Assembly (NCBI GenBank): GCA_016839745.1
Contig: JAEOTS010000124.1
Location: 1-12,031, forward strand
From: Promethearchaeota archaeon
GTDB lineage: Archaea > Asgardarchaeota > Lokiarchaeia > Sigyniarchaeales > SOKP01
Reading direction: 5' to 3'
Length of the DNA stretch: 12,031 nt
Part shown: positions 6,677 to 12,031 of the stretch, piece after piece
Layout: every line of letters begins with the position of its first letter
Numbering within the stretch: the stretch's first letter is position 1
Notes under the pieces: generated by a model
Told to the model about the DNA's origin: nothing
The model's database searches: none
Seen by the model: the letters and a program-made list of their open reading frames with translations, nothing else
Program-made: the position numbers and the translations under genes

Positions 6677-7465
6677 GTTGAGAATAATATTTTATTAAAT
6701 TACTTTATTGGGACAGCTGGAAGTGGTAAAAGTTCTTTAACAGGTTTATTTAAGGATTATGTTATAAATCGAGATCCAGAAATCTCAGCAATTACACTAA
6801 ACTTGGATCCTGGTGTTAAAATAATGCCATATAATCCAGATATAGATATTAGGGATTTTATTGTTCTTGAAGAAGTAATGACTGAATATGGATTGGGTCC
6901 AAACGGAGCAATGATCTTAGCATCTGATTTAATGGTTAATTTTTTGGACGATCTCAAAGATGAAATTGACGAATATAACCCAGATTGGGTATTTGTAGAC
7001 ACTGCTGGACAACTAGAGTTATTTGCATTTAGAGAAACGGGACCATTGATAGCAAGTACATTAGGTTTTGGATCTATCCAACGGGCTGTATCCTTCCTTT
7101 TTGATTCGAATTTTGTACTAAGACCAAATGGTTTTATATCAACACTATTACTAGCTGCCTCTGTGCAATTTAGGTTTAGAAATATTTCACAAATTAATGT
7201 ATTATCCAAAGTAGATCTGTTAAGCGAAGATCAAATTGAAATGATAATTAATTGGAGTCAAGATTTTAAAGCATTAGAGGATTCTACTAATGAGAGAGAA
7301 AGTGGACTGATAAGAGAGCTATCTATGCTAATTTCAGATGTATTTAGTCAATTAGGATCCACTTCTGAATTAATACCTTGTTCAATAAAAGAAGAAAAAG
7401 GATTAGATCTGCTTTTCGGCTATTTACAGCGTATATTTGACTCTGAAAAATCAAAATTCATTTAA
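6677..7465 (+). CDS. GPN-loop GTPase (ATP_bind_1 family); start uncertain
   Basis: Frame is open from 6647. P-loop GTAGSGKS at 6710-6733 lies upstream of the ORF-track TTG at 6803, followed by NLDPG, YGLGPNGA (GPN), DTAGQLE and LSKVD. No in-frame ATG/GTG/TTG precedes the P-loop, so 6677 (GTT) is a provisional start. Confidence 0.92.
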   Translation, partial: VENNILLNYFIGTAGSGKSSLTGLFKDYVINRDPEISAITLNLDPGVKIMPYNPDIDIRDFIVLEEVMTEYGLGPNGAMILASDLMVNFLDDLKDEIDEYNPDWVFVDTAGQLELFAFRETGPLIASTLGFGSIQRAVSFLFDSNFVLRPNGFISTLLLAASVQFRFRNISQINVLSKVDLLSEDQIEMIINWSQDFKALEDSTNERESGLIRELSMLISDVFSQLGSTSELIPCSIKEEKGLDLLFGYLQRIFDSEKSKFI

Positions 7466-7525
7466 AAAATTAAAGATTTATTGAATTATCAAAATAGTTT
7501 ATGTAATATTGGTTTAAATTAAAGT

Positions 7526-8623
7526 ATGAAAATTATAGGTCCATGTGCGGGTATAGGGTCAAGATTACGCCCGTTCACGTTAAGTAAGCCTAAAACATTC
7601 ATAAATGTTGCAGGAAAGACTGTTTTAGAACATATTCTTAATAGGTTCAGCGAGACATTTGATTCAGGCACTGAATTAATTTTAATTGTTGGATACAGGA
7701 AAAGACAAATAATAGAATTCGTCAAACAGAAGTATAGTGATAAATTTAAATTAACTTTTATAGAACAAGAGCCTCGTGGATATAATGACGATACACCATT
7801 TTACTGGGGTTTAGGAGAGGCCGTATATCTAGCAAATACGTGTTTTGAAGAATCTAGTTATACGAATACAGAAACAGACAAACGTGATGGATCCTTAATT
7901 TTTTTAGCAGATATGATACCAATCGAGGAATATTCCTATTTAATGTATCGATATTATGAATCTGATGTAGATGGAATAATCACTGTAGTGGAAGTACCGG
8001 AAGAAGATGCAAGCTCATATGGAGTGGTTGTTATTGATAAGAATTCAATGATTCAGAAATTAATTGAGAAACCTAAAGATTTCATATCAAATTTAGCAAT
8101 TGCAGGTCTTTATGCCTTTTCAAACTCCGCAACTAAAGCTCTCTTTGATATTATAAAGGAGTATTTAGATAAAAGAACAGAGGGCTCTAAAGAAATCTAT
8201 CTGACAGAGAGTTTGCAAGATTTAATAAATAGTGGTTTTAAAATTGCAGCAATTAATTTAAAAAAGGGAATTCTGGATTTCGGTAGGCCTTCTGAAGTTT
8301 TAAAGGGTAATCGATATTTGTTAGAACAGCAATCGGTAAAAGTTGAAGAGTTTAAAGAATTAAACATCACTTCCGAAAAGTCCTACATAAAAAATCCAGT
8401 ATATATTGGAGAAAATTCTAAAATTATTAATTCAGTAGTGGGACCTTTTGTATCGATTGGAGCTGATTCATTAATAGAAAACTGTATCTTAGAAAATTGT
8501 GTTATTGAAAGGAACACTAACTTGAAAAATGTAATTTCTGAAAAATCTATAATTGGTAGTAATGTAAAAGTTGAAAATATTAGTAAGAATAACCTAATTA
8601 TTGGAGATAAAAGCATTTACTGA
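7526..8623 (+). CDS. Sugar-phosphate nucleotidyltransferase, long form with C-terminal left-handed beta-helix (glucose-1-phosphate thymidylyltransferase-like)
   Basis: AGIGSRLRPFTLSKPK, YGVV, LIEKP, SNLAIAGLYAF, EIYLTE, DFGRP and hexapeptide repeats (NPVYIGENSKIINSVVGPFVSIG). Confidence 0.9.
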   Translation: MKIIGPCAGIGSRLRPFTLSKPKTFINVAGKTVLEHILNRFSETFDSGTELILIVGYRKRQIIEFVKQKYSDKFKLTFIEQEPRGYNDDTPFYWGLGEAVYLANTCFEESSYTNTETDKRDGSLIFLADMIPIEEYSYLMYRYYESDVDGIITVVEVPEEDASSYGVVVIDKNSMIQKLIEKPKDFISNLAIAGLYAFSNSATKALFDIIKEYLDKRTEGSKEIYLTESLQDLINSGFKIAAINLKKGILDFGRPSEVLKGNRYLLEQQSVKVEEFKELNITSEKSYIKNPVYIGENSKIINSVVGPFVSIGADSLIENCILENCVIERNTNLKNVISEKSIIGSNVKVENISKNNLIIGDKSIY

Positions 8624-8721
8624 TAACTCTTTCATTTAACTGACAAACAATATTTAAGAGATTTTAAGAAATTTTAATTAATTTCGTAAAATATATTTTT
8701 AGTACGAATAATATTAAATAT

Positions 8722-8727
8722 AAGGAG
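8722..8727 (+). promoter_or_regulatory. Possible Shine-Dalgarno site
   Basis: AAGGAG 13 nt upstream of the ATG at 8741; spacing is long. Confidence 0.35.
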
Positions 8728-8740
8728 ATTTTGAAATATC

Positions 8741-10114
8741 ATGCCCAAATATAATATCGCATTTGATGTAGCACACAAACCTAGAGGCAAAATCGACGAG
8801 AATCTCACAGAACTACGAGATTTCTTAAATTCAAACGACTTTCTTTGTTATAACTTCTTGGAAACTCCAATTACTCAAAATTCATTGAAAGCGTTTGATA
8901 TCTTAGTATTTGTCTGTCCAGATTTTGCTAGAATTAGTACCATGGAAATTAACGAAATTAATAATTGGGTTAGACAAGATGGAGGTGGATTACTGCTTTT
9001 ATCTCATGCAGGGGGAGATAAAGGAAGAAATAGCAATTTGAGTGAGCTTAGTCAAATTTTTGGCATCGTTTTTGAAAACGATCAAGTCTTAGATGAAACC
9101 TATAATCTAGGTATGGAAAATATGCCTATACTTACAGCATTCATACCACCACATCCAATTACAAATAGTGTAAGTTCGATATGTTATAGATCTGGTTGCT
9201 CACTTAGTGTATTAGGAAATTCGATTTCAATCGTTTCATCAAATGAGACTTCTGAACCGTTCTCATCTGCATTGGTTTGTGTTTCTGAGCCTGATAATGG
9301 TAGAATTTGTGCTATAGGAAGCTATGAAATATTTAGAGACAGAGTAGGTGGTGGATTTAGCAATGATGAACATCCAAATTTTGCGTTTAACATATTTTCG
9401 TGGTTAATTTCAGACTATAGAATGGAACTACACTCGAGTGGTGCAATTCCGGAGATTATTCCTCAAGAGGAAATACGTGTTCAACAATCATCAGATTATT
9501 CTTCATCTCTGACTCAATCTGGCTTAGAAGATAAACAAAAAATAGATATTAGCTTTTCTATGAACATAACAAGCAATAGCGAGTTAGTAGAATTGCTTAA
9601 AATATTTCAAAATCAAATTGTCACTATAAAAACAACAATTGATAAACTAATTAAAACGGCTATATCATCTGATAAAGATATTACTGAAGCGAAGAAACTG
9701 CAAAGAAAATCTAGTAAATCTTCACAAGAGCAGATTAAAAAATCAATTAATAATGGATTTGATGAATTATTAGCCCCACCAGAAGAATTATCTGATTTGC
9801 CCCCGAAACCCGATAGTTTAAAGGCGAAAGACAGCGAGAATCTTATTGGATTACCAAAACTCGATGCAGCAAATAAATTAAAACCCGTACCTAAACTGAA
9901 ATCTAGTAAGAAACCTAAAAAGAAAGATTTAATTGATCAAAAGAACGCATTAAAAAGTAAACTTGATTCGGTTAAAAATTTGATTGACTTTATAGAAAAA
10001 AAATACGCTTCCAAGCAAATGGATAAGAAATCTTATGAGAAACGTATTAGCCAATTGAAGATTGATTTGAAAACAACACAAAACAAAATTGATGAAATCG
10101 AAAAACAATTATAA
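8741..10114 (+). CDS. GIFT (GldG/IFT52, DUF4350-like) domain protein with coiled coils, Pro/Lys-rich linker and C-terminal helical hairpin
   Basis: IAFDVAH, PITQNSLKAFDILVFVCP, EINEINNWVRQDGGGLLLL, NLSELSQIFGIVFENDQV, HPIT, GRICAIGS..IF and FAFNIFSWL match the GIFT pattern over about 225 aa. No signal peptide or TM helix. Confidence 0.8.
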   Translation: MPKYNIAFDVAHKPRGKIDENLTELRDFLNSNDFLCYNFLETPITQNSLKAFDILVFVCPDFARISTMEINEINNWVRQDGGGLLLLSHAGGDKGRNSNLSELSQIFGIVFENDQVLDETYNLGMENMPILTAFIPPHPITNSVSSICYRSGCSLSVLGNSISIVSSNETSEPFSSALVCVSEPDNGRICAIGSYEIFRDRVGGGFSNDEHPNFAFNIFSWLISDYRMELHSSGAIPEIIPQEEIRVQQSSDYSSSLTQSGLEDKQKIDISFSMNITSNSELVELLKIFQNQIVTIKTTIDKLIKTAISSDKDITEAKKLQRKSSKSSQEQIKKSINNGFDELLAPPEELSDLPPKPDSLKAKDSENLIGLPKLDAANKLKPVPKLKSSKKPKKKDLIDQKNALKSKLDSVKNLIDFIEKKYASKQMDKKSYEKRISQLKIDLKTTQNKIDEIEKQL

Positions 10115-11437
10115 TTTTTCACTTTTTGGTTTAAATTCGTCAGGAACATATGGTTGAGCGTATTTATTCACAATTTCGAAAAACTCTTTATCACTAACAC
10201 CCTTAGATATTTTATCCAATTCTTGTTTTATTATGTTGAACGATTTCCTTAATTCTTTTTTTGAAGTCTCTTCATGAACACTTTTTACATCGGAGACTAT
10301 TTTCTTAATGATATCTTCAGGAATATCTAAATCCAAGACTTTAATTTTCTTTTGCAATGCGTTTAGGACAGATTTTGAACCTGAAAATTTACCTAAATAG
10401 AATTTTCTTCTTCTTCCGACCATATGAGGGTTAATTGGTTCGTAAGTTAATGGATGTGCTAAGATTGCAGCTATATGTAATCCACTTTCGTGAGCAAAAG
10501 CGTGTTTTCCTACAATGGGTTTATTTAACGCTAAAGGTTGGCTAAAGTATTTCTCGCAAACTTCGCTAATTTCAGGTAGTCGCGTTAAATCTATACCAGT
10601 GTTAATACCCATCCGTTCCAAGATTGTTACTACTTCTTCTAAAGCTGCGTTTCCTGCTCTTTCACCATACCCATTTATACAAGTGTGAGGATAAGTACAG
10701 CCCTCAAATACTCCAGTAACAGTATTAGCAACGGCTAAGCCAAAATCGTTGTGAGTATGAATTCCCATAGGTACTTTTTTATTAAGAGGGATTATTATCT
10801 CATTTTTAATTCGATTGATCAAGTATGATGTTGAGAGTGGTGTTAAGATGCCAACAGTATCTCCAAGGACAATTCTCTCAGCTCCTGCTTCAATAGCCGT
10901 TTGGAAAACTTTTGATAAATGCTTAAAATCGCATCTCGTGCCATCTTCAGAAACCCAGTTTACTTTAAAACCATTTTCAATGGCGTAATGAATAGCAGCT
11001 TTTATCATCTCCAATTGTTCTTCCGGTTTTTGCTTCAAGGTTTTCCTAAAAATTGGCGAGATTGGCATAAAAATGACGATTTCTTTTAAGTCTGCCTCTA
11101 TACACGCGTCAATATCTTCTTTCTTAGGACGTGCAATCCCCAAAATACTCGCATTAAAATTCTCGTTAACGATTGTTTTAACAATTTTCTTTTCTGATTT
11201 TGAAACCGCTGGAAACCCAACAGCAATTAATTTTACTCCAATTTCGTCCATTAATTTTGCTAAATGGATCTTTTCGTCCAAAGTAAGATATACAGTAGGA
11301 CTTTGCTCGCCATCCCTTAAAGTTTCATCCCAAATACAAACTTGTGTGGGTATGTCTGATTTTTGTTCTTTTAAAGCAATCTCATTGTAATCGACTAATA
11401 ATTGAGATAATTCCTCTTTAGTAAATTTATAGCTCAT
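10109..11437 (-). CDS. Homocitrate synthase-like enzyme (AksA-type; LeuA/CimA DRE-TIM family)
   Basis: DETLRDGEQ, GDTVG, HTHNDFGLAVAN, GYGERAGNA, HESGLH and LGKFSG. At 442 aa it has no recognisable LeuA regulatory domain. Substrate cannot be fixed from sequence alone. Confidence 0.88.
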   Translation of the reverse strand: MSYKFTKEELSQLLVDYNEIALKEQKSDIPTQVCIWDETLRDGEQSPTVYLTLDEKIHLAKLMDEIGVKLIAVGFPAVSKSEKKIVKTIVNENFNASILGIARPKKEDIDACIEADLKEIVIFMPISPIFRKTLKQKPEEQLEMIKAAIHYAIENGFKVNWVSEDGTRCDFKHLSKVFQTAIEAGAERIVLGDTVGILTPLSTSYLINRIKNEIIIPLNKKVPMGIHTHNDFGLAVANTVTGVFEGCTYPHTCINGYGERAGNAALEEVVTILERMGINTGIDLTRLPEISEVCEKYFSQPLALNKPIVGKHAFAHESGLHIAAILAHPLTYEPINPHMVGRRRKFYLGKFSGSKSVLNALQKKIKVLDLDIPEDIIKKIVSDVKSVHEETSKKELRKSFNIIKQELDKISKGVSDKEFFEIVNKYAQPYVPDEFKPKSEKL

Positions 11438-11502
11438 TTCTAGTTCTAAAAATGGTCTAAAATAAATAAATTCAATTATTTCATTAGATTTATTAAAGGA
11501 AG

Positions 11503-11511
11503 AAAAAAAAA
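11503..11511 (-). terminator. Oligo-T terminator candidate for the PPIase gene
   Basis: A9 on + (T9 on -), 23 nt after the stop codon ending at 11535. Confidence 0.45.
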
Positions 11512-11534
11512 GATTTTAATCATAAAACGCATGT

Positions 11535-12020
11535 TTAGTCATGCTCGCAACCACACCCACATTCATGAGCATCTGGTGGATCTGGCTTACAACCCGTTTC
11601 TAAAATTTTTATTTTAAAATGAAGAGTTTTTCCCGCAAGTGGGTGGTTCATGTCAAGTGTAATAAACTCCTCATCTACTTCTTTAACCCAAGCCATTGAG
11701 TGCGTCCCGTTAGCGTCACCAACTCCAAGCATCATTCCTACCTCGGGATCCAAATCTCCTGGTAGTTGATCCGTACTGATCGTTTGTACTAGGAGGGAGT
11801 CAATCTCTCCATAACCTTCAGAAGGATTTAGCGTAATCTCAAACTCGTCCCCTACTTCTTTACCTAAAACAGAATTATCAAATCCTTGAATCAACATTCT
11901 AGCGCCAACCTCAAATTTAATTGGTTCTCCCCCCTGAAGTTCTGTTGAATCAAATATGGTTCTATCCTCTAATCTCCCTTCGTATTCGACTTTGATGATA
12001 TCCCCTTTCTTAATAGCCAT
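11535..12020 (-). CDS. slyD: FKBP-type peptidyl-prolyl cis-trans isomerase, SlyD-like
   Basis: VEYEGRLEDRTIFDST, LIQGFD, PSEGYGE, insert-in-flap region, DMNHPLAGKTLHF and a Cys/His tail. ATG at 12020 (MAIKKGD) preferred to TTG at 12029. Confidence 0.93.
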   Translation of the reverse strand: MAIKKGDIIKVEYEGRLEDRTIFDSTELQGGEPIKFEVGARMLIQGFDNSVLGKEVGDEFEITLNPSEGYGEIDSLLVQTISTDQLPGDLDPEVGMMLGVGDANGTHSMAWVKEVDEEFITLDMNHPLAGKTLHFKIKILETGCKPDPPDAHECGCGCEHD

Positions 12021-12031
12021 AAAATCCAACT

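Noticed and set aside
6803-6805. TTG start for the GPN GTPase given by the ORF track
   Set aside because: It would delete the P-loop and falls within the conserved NLDPG motif.
6757-7209. 150-aa - strand ORF
   Set aside because: Antisense shadow of the GPN GTPase.
7519-7725. 68-aa - strand ORF
   Set aside because: Antisense shadow of the nucleotidyltransferase.
8383-8616. 77-aa hydrophobic - strand ORF
   Set aside because: Antisense to the hexapeptide repeats; hydrophobicity follows from the A-rich sense strand.
11073-11390. 105-aa + strand ORF
   Set aside because: Antisense shadow of the homocitrate synthase-like gene.
1-12031. CRISPR arrays, tRNA/rRNA, IS elements, SECIS or stop-codon readthrough
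   Set aside because: Intergenic gaps are all under about 165 bp with no periodic repeats or cloverleafs seen. No transposase or integrase, and no gene appears interrupted by an in-frame stop.

Overview
AT-rich, gene-dense archaeal window with 13 credible CDSs and no RNA genes, CRISPR array or mobile element that I can see. Gene content (longin-like, Rab-like, GPN GTPase, cytoplasmic GIFT protein), TATA boxes and oligo-T terminators point to an Asgard archaeon, most likely Lokiarchaeia (inference). Gene order: longin-like (+), Rab-like protein lacking all five G motifs (-), GyrI-like (-), MFS transporter (-), STAS/SEC14-like (+), orphan DNA methyltransferase (-), nucleoside deoxyribosyltransferase-like (+), unknown coiled-coil/Pro-rich protein (+), GPN-loop GTPase (+), sugar-phosphate nucleotidyltransferase (+), IFT52-like GIFT protein (+), AksA-like homocitrate synthase (-), SlyD-like PPIase (-). 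Highlights: (1) a pseudo-Rab that keeps the RabF motifs, lies tail-to-tail with a longin gene and has a palindromic operator candidate; (2) a signal-peptide-less GIFT protein with IFT52-like architecture; (3) a GPN GTPase whose intact P-loop lies upstream of any in-frame canonical start codon; (4) a tightly divergent methyltransferase/N-glycosidase-like pair. All family calls are by-eye motif recognition, with no database search.
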